NCBI GenBank assembly: GCA_965248925.1
Contig: CBDFLE010000006.1
Location: forward strand, 2,688,001 to 2,752,000
Length of the DNA stretch: 64,000 nt
Direction of reading: 5' to 3'
Source of the DNA: Candidatus Multivoradales bacterium
GTDB lineage: Bacteria > Acidobacteriota > Thermoanaerobaculia > Multivoradales > J023
Shown here: positions 1 to 9,397 of the stretch, one piece after another
Numbering within the stretch: position 1 is the stretch's first letter
How the letters are laid out: each line of letters starts with the position of its first letter
Translations under genes and position numbers: made by a program
Notes under the pieces: generated by a model
Told to the model about the DNA's origin: nothing
Database searches by the model: none
The model's input: only the letters and a program-made list of their open reading frames with translations

Positions 1-768
1 CTTGGCCAGTTGGTCGTCGCGAACTTCCTCGGCAGACCGAGCGGCCAATTGACGCAGGTTTTCTTCGTGCTTGGCTCGATAGCCCTCGCAATCTACAGAA
101 CACTGTAGGCCAATCCCGCAGTAGCCGCGGGCAACACGGGGAAGCAGGTGCTCCAAGACCAAGAGAAGCTGCCCGTCCTCTTCGATCAGACGATCGCTGT
201 CAATCCCGCTCAATTCGGCATGAAAACACTCATCGGTCTCCTCGACTGACGGGCTGACATCTAGATCACCTAGTTGCAGCAAGACTTCGATCGCTTTCTG
301 AACCGCCGCCAAGGGAGCCAATTCCTCGATTTCTTCAAACGGCACTCGGTCTTCCATCGGGGTCTCGACAAATGGATCTTTCGCCGGACGATCAGAATCG
401 CGACCGCTGCCCTGGCGGTCGTGCCACCGCTCCGCACCGCGAAGACCACCCTCGCGCGGCCCGCTTTGCCGCCGCGGCCCGCTGTCCGGACGAGACCCGC
501 GCGCTTGCCGAGCCACGGTCGCCTGACGTTCTTGCCGTTCCTGCTCTGTCTGGCGGTCAGCTTCCTGCTGCGCCATTTCGACCTGCTCGGCAGACTTCTC
601 TGGTGCCTGCGGATCGATTTCGATAACCACGCGCCGGCGCTGATTGACGAAGCCATGTTTCTTTTCACGAAGGCTGTAGGCCACCCTCTGAGGGTCGAGC
701 TTGTAAGACCGTGCCGCTGCCAAGACTGCTTGCTCAAGGGTATTCCCCGAGAAAAAACGCCGCTCCAT
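1..768 (-). CDS. khpB: Jag/KhpB (EloR) RNA-binding protein, 3' part runs off the window start
   Basis: Manual translation from ATG 768 (GAGG upstream): MERRFFSGNTLEQAVLAAA (Jag_N-like) ... VDCEGYRAKHEENLRQLA (KH/R3H junction); lies directly downstream of yidC as expected. Confidence 0.85.
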   Translation of the reverse strand, partial: MERRFFSGNTLEQAVLAAARSYKLDPQRVAYSLREKKHGFVNQRRRVVIEIDPQAPEKSAEQVEMAQQEADRQTEQERQERQATVARQARGSRPDSGPRRQSGPREGGLRGAERWHDRQGSGRDSDRPAKDPFVETPMEDRVPFEEIEELAPLAAVQKAIEVLLQLGDLDVSPSVEETDECFHAELSGIDSDRLIEEDGQLLLVLEHLLPRVARGYCGIGLQCSVDCEGYRAKHEENLRQLAARSAEEVRDDQLAK

Positions 769-1031
769 GACCTCTTTTCGCCTCCATCTGCCACCGCTCA
801 GTGGGCGGCAGCAACGATTCTTGATCTCAATCCTGTCCGCTATCTCAATCCCAATGCCTGAATTGTCCGCTGCCTCAACTGTCGACCGGATCCTCTTTTC
901 GATCCAGCCAGCTTGCCCTGACTCTTGGCTAGTCTTGCTCCAGCGCTCCATCTTACTACTACCGTCCAACGACTGCCGTGCCGGGCTGTTCCTTCGCTGC
1001 AAGCGGCGACGGGCGGCCATCAGCGCGCCGT

Positions 1032-2834
1032 CTAGCTCTTCTTAGTGCTCTGTACGGATGCCGGCTGCTCGCGACCTTTCTTCAACAACTGCTGCTGCCC
1101 CATGGTGAGTATGTTGTTGGTAACCCAATACAGCAGCAGCCCGCTGGGGAAGTTGATCGCGAACACCGAGAACATGATTGGCATCATCTGCATCATGCGG
1201 CGCTGCATCGGCTCGGCAGCAGCCGGGGTCATCTTCTGTAGCAACACCCCACTGACTAGCAATAGGCCTGGCAAGACCCAGAACGGGTCGGGGGTCGACA
1301 AGTCGTGAATCCAGCCAATCCAGGATGCTCCGCGCAGCTCAACGGCGACCGACAGCAGCTTGTAGAAGGCGAAGAACACTGGCAGCTGCAGCAGCATCGG
1401 GAAGCAGCCGCTGGCCGGGTTGACCCCCGCCTGCTTGTAGACCGCCATGGTTTCCTCGTTCATCTTGCGCTGGGCTTCCATGTTGGGTTTGCCCTGCTTG
1501 TCCTTCAGTTTGCTCTTGTACTTGGCGCGAATCGCTTGCACCTTCGGGTTGAGTTCCTGCATCTTCTGCATCGACTTCTGACTCTTGTGGGTCAGCGGCA
1601 TGAACAGCAGCTTGATCAGCACCGTCATCAGGATGATGGCCCAGCCGTAGTTCGCTACCACCTCTCGGTAGACCCATTTCAAGCCCCAATAGAGCGGCCG
1701 CGCCAAGGCACCGAAAAAGCCCCAGCGCACCGTTTCGCCAAGACCGTGCGGCAGTTGCGAGAGCTTGTCGAAGCGTTTAGAGCCGAAGTAGGTGAGCACT
1801 TCCATGTGCGATGCCGAGGCGTTGAGCAAAAGGAGTTGTTCATCGCTGAGCTCTTCCTCCAACTCGGAGCCCAGCGGCAGGAAGCGTGGTTTGCCAGCGC
1901 TCACTTCGCTCCGTTGCAGGACTGGTTTCACCACCACGTCGCGCACCCCGCTCACCGGCACGATCGCGCTCAGAAAGTAATTGTCCTCCAAGGCAATCCA
2001 GTGCAAGCCGGTAGCTGAGATTGCCGTCTCCTGGCCCTGCTTTCCAGGCCGGAGCGAGGTCTTTTCCTCACCCGCGAAATACGAGACCATCGACTGCAGA
2101 TAGCGGCTGTCGCGCTCCTTCCCTTGCAGATCGCGCAGACCCGGGCCAATCAAAACACCCCAGTCAGTGCTTCCCGCAACCGTGATCTCGACCCCAAGCA
2201 TGCCGTCATCGCGCAGTAAGAATCGCTTCTCAGCGTCTCCCTTCTCGCCCCGATAGCGCAGCCTCAGATCACCGACCACACCGGTCTCCAACGCACCGCC
2301 CTGCTGTCGATCCATTGCCGAGGTGTCTTGCCAAGCGAAAAAAGCGGAGTTCAAAGGGTGGATCCGGCCCTCGACAGTCAAGGCAAACGGGTAAGGATCG
2401 CGGCCCCGACTGCGGATCATCTCCACGGGCTCGCCTTCAGCGGTGAGCTGATCCTTCAACCGCAGCGAGGTCAGCTGACCACCCAGGTTGCTGAAGGTGG
2501 CAACCAGAGAGTCGCTCTCTAGAGTACGGCTTTCCTCGTGGCTGGCCACGATCTGTTCGACCTGCCGCGGTTCGCCGGTCTCGAGATCCACCGCTGGCTC
2601 CGCTGATGCCAGGGTATCCACCGCCGGAGAGTCGGTCGAGAACATCGAGCCTGGGTCGGCAGAGCTGGGCGCCAGCGAGGTTGCAGGCGATTCTAGTGGC
2701 GATTCAAATGCTGACGGTTCCGCCCCCGACTCAACGGGCACCGGAGGCGGCGTTGGCGACGGCATTAGGTAGCTCCACAGGAGCACCACTAGGAGAGACA
2801 GGGCTGAAGCAAGCACCAGACGGCGGTTATCCAC
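1032..2834 (-). CDS. yidC: Membrane protein insertase YidC
   Basis: N-terminal TM, large periplasmic domain, NYGWAII...KSMQKMQELNP, GCFPMLLQLPVF, FPSGLLLYW motifs; synteny. Confidence 0.97.
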   Translation of the reverse strand: MDNRRLVLASALSLLVVLLWSYLMPSPTPPPVPVESGAEPSAFESPLESPATSLAPSSADPGSMFSTDSPAVDTLASAEPAVDLETGEPRQVEQIVASHEESRTLESDSLVATFSNLGGQLTSLRLKDQLTAEGEPVEMIRSRGRDPYPFALTVEGRIHPLNSAFFAWQDTSAMDRQQGGALETGVVGDLRLRYRGEKGDAEKRFLLRDDGMLGVEITVAGSTDWGVLIGPGLRDLQGKERDSRYLQSMVSYFAGEEKTSLRPGKQGQETAISATGLHWIALEDNYFLSAIVPVSGVRDVVVKPVLQRSEVSAGKPRFLPLGSELEEELSDEQLLLLNASASHMEVLTYFGSKRFDKLSQLPHGLGETVRWGFFGALARPLYWGLKWVYREVVANYGWAIILMTVLIKLLFMPLTHKSQKSMQKMQELNPKVQAIRAKYKSKLKDKQGKPNMEAQRKMNEETMAVYKQAGVNPASGCFPMLLQLPVFFAFYKLLSVAVELRGASWIGWIHDLSTPDPFWVLPGLLLVSGVLLQKMTPAAAEPMQRRMMQMMPIMFSVFAINFPSGLLLYWVTNNILTMGQQQLLKKGREQPASVQSTKKS

Positions 2835-2912
2835 GGATCCGCGTTCCTTTCTCAGAACGATTCGATTCTCTGTTTTGCGACTTCGGTTGCAGACGGTCTC
2901 GATGCAAATCGA

Positions 2913-3119
2913 TCAAGGAAGGTCAATACCGCCCGGCATTAGAGGCTGGCAGCGAGCCAGCCGCAACAGCGCTTTCCAACTTCCCCGCCACGCTCCGTGC
3001 TTCAGAATCGCCAAACGAGCATATTCCGAGCAAGTTGGCGAAAAACGACAGGCTTGCGGTAGCAAGGGCGACACGTAGCGCTTGTAGAACCACGGTAAAT
3101 CCGCCAGCCACCTCTTCAC
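2913..3119 (-). CDS. yidD: Membrane protein insertion efficiency factor YidD
   Basis: YKRYVSPLL..ACRFSPTCSEY..HG...RLARCQP motif between rnpA and yidC. Confidence 0.93.
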   Translation of the reverse strand: MKRWLADLPWFYKRYVSPLLPQACRFSPTCSEYARLAILKHGAWRGSWKALLRLARCQPLMPGGIDLP

Positions 3120-3562
3120 GCCTTGCTCCTCGATCTCCCTAGAGGGCCACGCTGAGCAGATCTCGACGGCCGGCCGGGCCGCGCCAAAGGCTGAGCCAGC
3201 GCCAGTAACTTGGCCAACAGCCTTTCCAGCTCGACGGCGAAATCCCCAAATCTAGCACTGCCGGCAGCAGGCTTGAGATGGACCACGATGTCGGCAGCCG
3301 GCAAGTCAGGGCGCCCAGGCCAACGCCTGAAGACTTCCCGCACGCGACGCTTCAATCGATGACGCACCACCGCATTGCCAACTTTCCGACTAGCGGTAAT
3401 TCCCAGACGGGCGGTAGAGACTGAATTGGGGTGAACATGCAGAGTCAGCAACGAACCATGGCGCCTCTGACCTCTGCGATAGCAGCGCAGGAACTGCGCA
3501 CTATTGCTCAGTCGAGCGCTGCGGCACAGCCCTTCACCGGCTGGTGAGGAGTGCCCGCTCAC
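3116..3562 (-). CDS. rnpA: Ribonuclease P protein component
   Basis: RLGITASRKVGNAVVRHRLKRRVRE motif; follows rpmH. Confidence 0.95.
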   Translation of the reverse strand: MSGHSSPAGEGLCRSARLSNSAQFLRCYRRGQRRHGSLLTLHVHPNSVSTARLGITASRKVGNAVVRHRLKRRVREVFRRWPGRPDLPAADIVVHLKPAAGSARFGDFAVELERLLAKLLALAQPLARPGRPSRSAQRGPLGRSRSKA

Positions 3563-3564
3563 GC

Positions 3565-3699
3565 TCAGACCGCGATACGCTGACGACCCTTGCGCCGACG
3601 GCGGGCGATGATCGCTCGTCCATGGCGGGTGCGCATCCGCATGCGGAACCCATGTTTCTTTTTGCGACGACGATTATTTGGCTGGAATGTCCTCTTCAC
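3565..3699 (-). CDS. rpmH: 50S ribosomal protein L34
   Basis: Not in ORF track; manual translation from GTG 3699: [44 protein letters not shown]. Confidence 0.97.
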   Translation of the reverse strand: MKRTFQPNNRRRKKKHGFRMRMRTRHGRAIIARRRRKGRQRIAV

Positions 3700-3920
3700 G
3701 GCATCAACCTTCTTTGCTGCTTTCTCGAATCGGCGGACGGCGTTTTGGGCCGACCGGTGACTCTCTGTTTCTGTCGCTATGTTCGGGGACGAATTCTTAT
3801 TCGCTCCCCGCCTTCCTCACTCTTCGAACACACCCGGACCGTCACCGGATTGCCGTAGCGGTCTCGGACCATCTCTAGGATGTCTTGAACGGGTGGCTCG
3901 AACAGCCCGCAGAACGGCGC

Positions 3921-3950
3921 ACTCTAGCGCATCTGACTAGGGAAGGTCAA
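3921..3950 (-). promoter_or_regulatory. Putative sigma70 promoter for the rpmH operon
   Basis: Minus strand TTGACC-18 nt-TAGAGT immediately after the tRNA 3' end. Confidence 0.5.
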
Positions 3951-3951
3951 A

Positions 3952-4042
<91 letters not shown>

Positions 4043-4122
4043 GCGAATCGCGACGACTCTACCTCTTCGTCCCGCCGGCGCCAAGAGCAGCTACCACGGA
4101 TTGGACGCTAACCGGGGCAGTT

Positions 4123-4213
<91 letters not shown>

Positions 4214-4254
4214 TTTGAACTGTCGTCTCTCAAAGATCCGCTGCGCGGCGTCTG

Positions 4255-4776
4255 CTATGGCACCTGCTTCGCGCGCGCCCGCCGACGCAGAGCAGAGAAA
4301 AACTCTTTGAGCTGCGCCGCGCAGGCTGTTTCCAGGACTCCCCGCTGCACCTCCATACGGTGGTTGAGGCGTCGGTCCTGAACCAAGTTGCCAAGGGTAC
4401 CGCAAAACCCTCCCTTCGGGTCACCGGTACCATAGACCAATCTCTCGATCCGACTGTTCACCAAGGCACCAGCACACATCGCGCAGGGTTCCAGGGTGAC
4501 ATATAGAGTGCAGCCTTCAAGGCGCCAGCTGCCGAGGCATCGTGCGGCGCGGCGAATGGCGATCAGCTCGGCGTGGGCGAGGGGATCCGCATCAGCCTCT
4601 CGCCGATTGCCACCGCGAGCGATGATCCGGCTTCCCTCGACGACCACCGCGCCCACCGGCACTTCGCCTGCCAAACCCGCACGATGCGCTTCGGCCAAGG
4701 CTTCGCGCATCCACCGCTGATCGACGGACACCAGTGCTGGTAACGACGCTTTGTCCGTGTCAGACACCTCTTCCAT
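4255..4776 (-). CDS. tadA: tRNA adenosine(34) deaminase TadA
   Basis: GEVPVGAVVV, AHAE, YVTLEPCAMCAG zinc motifs; tRNA-Ser/tadA/ffs/dnaX synteny. Confidence 0.95.
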   Translation of the reverse strand: MEEVSDTDKASLPALVSVDQRWMREALAEAHRAGLAGEVPVGAVVVEGSRIIARGGNRREADADPLAHAELIAIRRAARCLGSWRLEGCTLYVTLEPCAMCAGALVNSRIERLVYGTGDPKGGFCGTLGNLVQDRRLNHRMEVQRGVLETACAAQLKEFFSALRRRARAKQVP

Positions 4777-4791
4777 CAGACACCTCTTCCA
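4760..4791. repeat. Perfect 16-bp tandem duplication over the tadA start
   Basis: TCAGACACCTCTTCCA x2. Confidence 0.9.
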
Positions 4792-4903
4792 TCACCAGGC
4801 CGGATTGTATTCGCTTCCATCTCATCACGCTGTAGGTCTTCGCCGCCAGGCACCAATCGGAGCGGACCCTCCGGCCAGGGCGGTGGATCGTCGTGCACCC
4901 CAC

Positions 4904-4933
4904 TTTACATTTTGCTTCCTTTGCACGTACCAT
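4904..4933 (+). promoter_or_regulatory. Putative promoter of ffs-dnaX
   Basis: TTTACA-18 nt-TACCAT. Confidence 0.4.
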
Positions 4934-4952
4934 GACCTTTCGAGCAGCGATT

Positions 4953-5064
4953 TGCGAAGGGTTCGGGTCCTGTGCATCGGTCGGTTCTGAACCTCGTCAG
5001 GCCCGGAAGGGAGCAGCGATAAGGTATTCGTCCGAGTGCCGCAGATTCACCGGGACCCTTCGCA
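4953..5064 (+). ncRNA. ffs: Signal recognition particle RNA (small type, 4.5S)
   Basis: Conserved helix-8 TCAGGCCCGGAAGGGAGCAGC; closing stem TGCGAAGGGT/ACCCTTCGCA; upstream of dnaX. Confidence 0.92.
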
Positions 5065-5179
5065 GGTCGCTGCTCGACAACGTATCGAGCGGCAAGGCCG
5101 CTGCCGGCCCGACCGCGGTGACTACCCTAATTTCTGTCGCTATCCGAGCGCTTGCCACAAAAAAGCCGCCACATCCACC

Positions 5180-6844
5180 ATGACCTACCAGGTACTGGCC
5201 AGAAAGTGGCGTCCACAGGACTTCTCCTCACTGATCGGGCAACAGCCGATCGTCACCGCGCTCCGCAATGGCCTGACGGACGGCCGTATCGCCCAGGCCT
5301 ACATGTTCTCCGGCATCCGCGGAGTCGGCAAAACAACCGCGGCGCGGCTCTTGGCCAAAGCCCTCAACTGCTCCACCGGGCCCGCTGGCGAACCCTGCAA
5401 CGACTGCCAGTCCTGCCGCGAGATCACAGCCGGAAACAGCCTTGATGTGTTGGAGATCGATGCCGCGACCTACTCGAAAGTCGAGCAAATCCGTGAACTG
5501 ACCGAGAGCTTGCGTTATGGACCGGCCCGAGATAGCTACAAAGTGGTCATCTTGGACGAAATCCATCGTCTCTCGCGACAAGCCTTTGATGCCTTGCTCA
5601 AGATCGTCGAGGAACCTCCGGCTCATCTGGTTTTCATCTTCGCCACCACCGAGGTCGAAGCGGTTCCGGCAACCGTGCTGTCGCGCTGTCAAGAACACCG
5701 CTTTCGCCGGGTCTCTTCGACCGAACTCGCGGCCTACATGCGCGGCGTTTGCCAGGCGGAGCAGATCGAGGCCAGCGACACCGCCTTGAGGATGATCGCG
5801 CGAGCCGGTGAGGGCAGCGTTCGCGACTCGGTCGCGCTGCTCGACCAACTCGCCACTTTTGGTAGCAATAAGATCTCCGATCAGGAGGCCAAGAACCTCC
5901 TCGGCGGCGTCGACGCAACAGTCTTTCATCGCCTACTCGGCGCCATTCTTGGCGGCGTGCATGCCGAAATCAGCAGCATCGTTCACCAAATCGAGGAGCA
6001 GGGTTGGGATCCACACGGCGTCTACAGCCAGTTCATGAGCTACTGCCGAGATGCACTCCACCTGGCGGCGGGAGCTACCGCTGAGGGTATCGACCTGCCG
6101 CCGGAAGATACCGCCACCCTGGCCAAGTTGGCTCGCCCGGCTGGTTTGGAGAACCTCTTGCGCCTGACCCATCTGCTGCTTTCAGGGGAGCCAACAGTAC
6201 GCCGAAGCGAGATCGGTGGATTGGCCTTGGAGATTCTCTGGTTGCGAGCTGCCGAGTTGCCCAAGCTCACCCGCATCGAGAACCTCCTGGCCGGCGGCGC
6301 ACCGCCGATTTCTAGCCCGCCTCCCACCGCTACCATCTCACCCCGCGACACCACTACTGTGGTGCAAGCTTCGGCCAAGACTGTACCGAAGCTCAGTTCG
6401 GAACCACTCGTTAAGAGCGACTCTCCGCCGGCCGAGCTGGCGACGGAACCACCTTCGACGGAGGCCACCGCGGCCCCGTCGTTACCAGACTTCAAACGGG
6501 CTTTGGGTCGCAAACGGCAATCGCTTTCCGCTCTCTTTGCCCAGGTAGAGAAACTTCGCCTGCACCAGGGCTGTTTGGAGATCTACCCGGCAGCTAGCGA
6601 CAGCCTACTCAGCACCGCTCTCGAGCGGCAGCGCAACGCCGCCCTGGTCGAGGAAGTGGTGCACGAACTGTGTGGAGCCGGCTTCGAGTGGCGCCTGGTC
6701 ACTGGCCCGGCGATCACAGCGCCGGTCAAGGCCGAGGCCACCCAAACCACGGACCAACACCCAGCAGTGCAGGCGGTGCTCGATATCTTCACCGACAGCG
6801 CGATCGTACAACCCGCGAAAAGCCCACACAGCGAGGACACTTGA
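5180..6844 (+). CDS. dnaX: DNA polymerase III subunit gamma/tau
   Basis: MTYQVLARKWRPQDF, GIRGVGKTT, Cys4 zinc site, DEIH, LLKIVEEPP, SRC; start moved to ATG 5180. Confidence 0.97.
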   Translation: MTYQVLARKWRPQDFSSLIGQQPIVTALRNGLTDGRIAQAYMFSGIRGVGKTTAARLLAKALNCSTGPAGEPCNDCQSCREITAGNSLDVLEIDAATYSKVEQIRELTESLRYGPARDSYKVVILDEIHRLSRQAFDALLKIVEEPPAHLVFIFATTEVEAVPATVLSRCQEHRFRRVSSTELAAYMRGVCQAEQIEASDTALRMIARAGEGSVRDSVALLDQLATFGSNKISDQEAKNLLGGVDATVFHRLLGAILGGVHAEISSIVHQIEEQGWDPHGVYSQFMSYCRDALHLAAGATAEGIDLPPEDTATLAKLARPAGLENLLRLTHLLLSGEPTVRRSEIGGLALEILWLRAAELPKLTRIENLLAGGAPPISSPPPTATISPRDTTTVVQASAKTVPKLSSEPLVKSDSPPAELATEPPSTEATAAPSLPDFKRALGRKRQSLSALFAQVEKLRLHQGCLEIYPAASDSLLSTALERQRNAALVEEVVHELCGAGFEWRLVTGPAITAPVKAEATQTTDQHPAVQAVLDIFTDSAIVQPAKSPHSEDT

Positions 6845-6848
6845 GACG

Positions 6849-7142
6849 ATGAATATGCAGAAGCTCCTGAAGCAAGCTCAGGATATGCAGGATCGGATGC
6901 AGCGTGAGCTGGGAGACACCTTTGCCGAATCCACCGTCGGGGGTGGCCTGGTTACCGTCAAGATGAACGGCCACAAACATGTGGTAGCGGTCCACATCGA
7001 CCCCGAAGCCATAGATCCGAAAGACCCGGCGATGCTCGAGGACTTGATCCAGGCAGCGTTCAACGAAGCGGTAAGGAAGATGGACGACACCCTCCGCCAC
7101 AAAGTCGGATCGATGGCCTCGGGTTTGCCCAACCTGTTCTGA
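6849..7142 (+). CDS. ybaB: YbaB/EbfC nucleoid-associated protein
   Basis: MNMQKLLKQAQDMQ...GGGLVTV...MLEDLIQAAFNEA; between dnaX and recR. Confidence 0.95.
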   Translation: MNMQKLLKQAQDMQDRMQRELGDTFAESTVGGGLVTVKMNGHKHVVAVHIDPEAIDPKDPAMLEDLIQAAFNEAVRKMDDTLRHKVGSMASGLPNLF

Positions 7143-7151
7143 GCCAGCTGG

Positions 7152-7736
7152 ATGTCGGATCCTCTTGCCAAGCTGGTAGGCGAGCTATCGCGGCTGCCGG
7201 GCATTGGCCCGAAGACCGCTACCCGCCTCGCCCACCATGTGCTCCGCGCGCCGCGGGGTGAAGCAGAGAATCTGGCGACGGCTTTGGTCGATGTCAAAGA
7301 CAAGCTCTTTCATTGCTCGACCTGTCACTCAATCACGGCCAAGGACCCCTGCCGGATCTGCCAGGATCCACAGCGCGACCAATACTGGCTGTGCGTGGTC
7401 GAAGAGCCCTTCAACATCCCGCCGCTGGAACGCACCGGCGAGTTCCGCGGGCTTTACCATGTGTTGCTCGGCGCCCTCTCGCCGCAGCGCGGAATCGGCC
7501 CTGATCAGCTGCGTATCGACTCACTGATGCGGCGCCTCGACGGGGTGCAGGAAGTCATCCTGGCAACCAACCCAAATGTCGAGGGCGAGGCGACGGCGTT
7601 CTATTTGGCCAGACTGCTCAAGCAACGCGGAATCAACGTCAGCCGCCTTGCCTTCGGCATGCCGGTTGGCGGTGATATCGAGTACACCGACGAGGTTACC
7701 TTGGGCCGGTCGTTAGCTGGTCGGCTTCCCCTCTGA
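7152..7736 (+). CDS. recR: Recombination mediator RecR
   Basis: LPGIGPKTA HhH, C4 zinc finger, Toprim ILATNPNVEGEATA. Confidence 0.97.
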   Translation: MSDPLAKLVGELSRLPGIGPKTATRLAHHVLRAPRGEAENLATALVDVKDKLFHCSTCHSITAKDPCRICQDPQRDQYWLCVVEEPFNIPPLERTGEFRGLYHVLLGALSPQRGIGPDQLRIDSLMRRLDGVQEVILATNPNVEGEATAFYLARLLKQRGINVSRLAFGMPVGGDIEYTDEVTLGRSLAGRLPL

Positions 7737-7747
7737 GTGGGTCCACG

Positions 7748-8314
7748 GTGCTAGAACGCCCCTTCAAAATCGCCTTCGTCGGCAGCCACGGAGTCGGCAA
7801 GACCACTCTCTGCTACGGCTTGGCTGCGCGCCTCAAAGCTCTGGACGTGGTGCTCGACGTGGTCTACGAGGTCGCTCGGCGCTGCCCTCTGCCGATCAAC
7901 CACGACACCACCCTGGCGGCTCAGTCCTGGATTCTGCACACCCAGATCGCTGAAGAAGTGCTGGCCGCGGCCCGCCACGATCTGGTGATCTGTGACCGCA
8001 GCGTGCTCGACAACTACGTCTACCTACTCAGTGCCGCCGGCCGCCAGCCTCGTCTTGAGCAAATGGTTGATAGTTGGCTACCCACTTACGATCTGCTGGT
8101 CCATGTGCCGATCACCGAGGGTCTGGCGGTCGATGGTCTGCGCTCGACCGATCCCTCGTTCCAAGAACTGATCGAGCAGCAATTATTGAAAGAAATCGCA
8201 CACCGCGGCATCCAGACATTGGAACTCGGAGAGACTCCTCGCGAGCGCTGGATCGAGGCGGTGGAAGAGAGGGTCTTAGAACACCTGGGACCGGCCCAGT
8301 TGCGGCTGCTCTAA
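7748..8314 (+). CDS. P-loop kinase/AAA (NadR/Ttd14-like AAA_28) protein
   Basis: GSHGVGKTT Walker A, EVAR, ICDRSVLD motifs. Confidence 0.75.
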   Translation: MLERPFKIAFVGSHGVGKTTLCYGLAARLKALDVVLDVVYEVARRCPLPINHDTTLAAQSWILHTQIAEEVLAAARHDLVICDRSVLDNYVYLLSAAGRQPRLEQMVDSWLPTYDLLVHVPITEGLAVDGLRSTDPSFQELIEQQLLKEIAHRGIQTLELGETPRERWIEAVEERVLEHLGPAQLRLL

Positions 8315-8390
8315 GAGCGCCTGAGGAACTTGCCTCGAGCCCTCATTCCCTCCTGTTCATCGCCACCGATCGGTATACAATGCCCGGGTT

Positions 8391-9389
8391 GTGTCGGTAG
8401 TTGAGCGCATCCGAGATTTCGAAATTCTGTCGCATCTTTCGCCCGAGCAGTCTGCGGCCCTGGCGGAGTGCATCACGCCGCTTGATTTCGCCGTCGACGA
8501 TAAAGTCCTCGAAGAAAGGGAACACAGTCGCGAGGCCTATCTGATCGACCGCGGGCGACTGCGCATCCAGCGCGATACACCGTACGGCCACTACACCCTG
8601 GCCGACCTCGACGCCGGCGCGTTCTTCGGCGAAACCAGCTTTATCGACGAGCATGGACGTTCAGGTGACGTGGTCGTGCTCGAAGCAGCGACCCTGTTGC
8701 CCTTCAACCCGCTGGCCCTCGAAGATGCCTTCCAGGCAGACCGTCGGCTTCGCATCGCCCTCCATTGGGCCTTCTGGAAGAGCCTTTCACGGAAGCTGCG
8801 CCAGACTAACCAGATGCTCGCTGACTTCTTTTCCGGCGCCGACGACCCCCCCACCACCGTTGCTTTCGACCCGCGTCAAAGTGGAGAATTCCACATCGCC
8901 CTCAGCGCCAAGCGCAAGCTCTTCCGTGAGCAGAAGCTGTCGACCATGGAAATCAACTTCCTCTCTTCCCTGTCGACGGAGAGAAGCTATGAGGCGGGCC
9001 ATGAGATTTTTCGCGAGGGTGAGCCTGGAGACAGCTTGTACGTGGTTCTCGATGGCCGCGTGATGATCAGCAAGATCATCTCCGGAGCTGGCGAAGAAGC
9101 TCTGGCAATTCTTGAGCGCGGTGCCTATTTTGGAGAGATGGCGCTGATCGACAGCGAACCGCGATCGGCCAATGCTAAGGCGCACGAGGGCGGTGCCGTA
9201 GTGCTGAAAATTTCCCGTGATGTGCTGGGCGGAATTCTCGACATCCAAAAAGTGTCATCTTTCCGCTTGCTCAATCTACTCTGCGGCCTGGTGGCGAAGC
9301 GATTACGAGAAGTCGACGATAAGCTGGTCGGCTGGCATATCTTCTCTTCCGGATCGGGTCAATCTCTGGAAAAACCCTCCTCTTCCTGA
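8391..9389 (+). CDS. Protein with two cyclic-nucleotide-binding domains, no obvious HTH
   Basis: GAFFGETSF...RSGD and IFREGEPGDSLY...GAYFGEMALI..PRSA repeats. Confidence 0.85.
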   Translation: MSVVERIRDFEILSHLSPEQSAALAECITPLDFAVDDKVLEEREHSREAYLIDRGRLRIQRDTPYGHYTLADLDAGAFFGETSFIDEHGRSGDVVVLEAATLLPFNPLALEDAFQADRRLRIALHWAFWKSLSRKLRQTNQMLADFFSGADDPPTTVAFDPRQSGEFHIALSAKRKLFREQKLSTMEINFLSSLSTERSYEAGHEIFREGEPGDSLYVVLDGRVMISKIISGAGEEALAILERGAYFGEMALIDSEPRSANAKAHEGGAVVLKISRDVLGGILDIQKVSSFRLLNLLCGLVAKRLREVDDKLVGWHIFSSGSGQSLEKPSSS

Positions 9390-9397
9390 ACCTCTTT

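Noticed and set aside
270-861. ORF-track ORFs 270..794(-) and 274..861(+)
   Set aside because: They overlap the jag/khpB frame (1..768 minus), which has clear family motifs
769-1020. In-frame 84-codon open extension upstream of jag (ATG at 1020)
   Set aside because: The Jag_N motif begins at ATG 768, which has a GAGG RBS; the extension looks like non-coding, repeat-containing sequence
5180-6844. Programmed frameshift or slippage site in dnaX
   Set aside because: No A AAA AAG heptamer or long poly-A run seen in the gene
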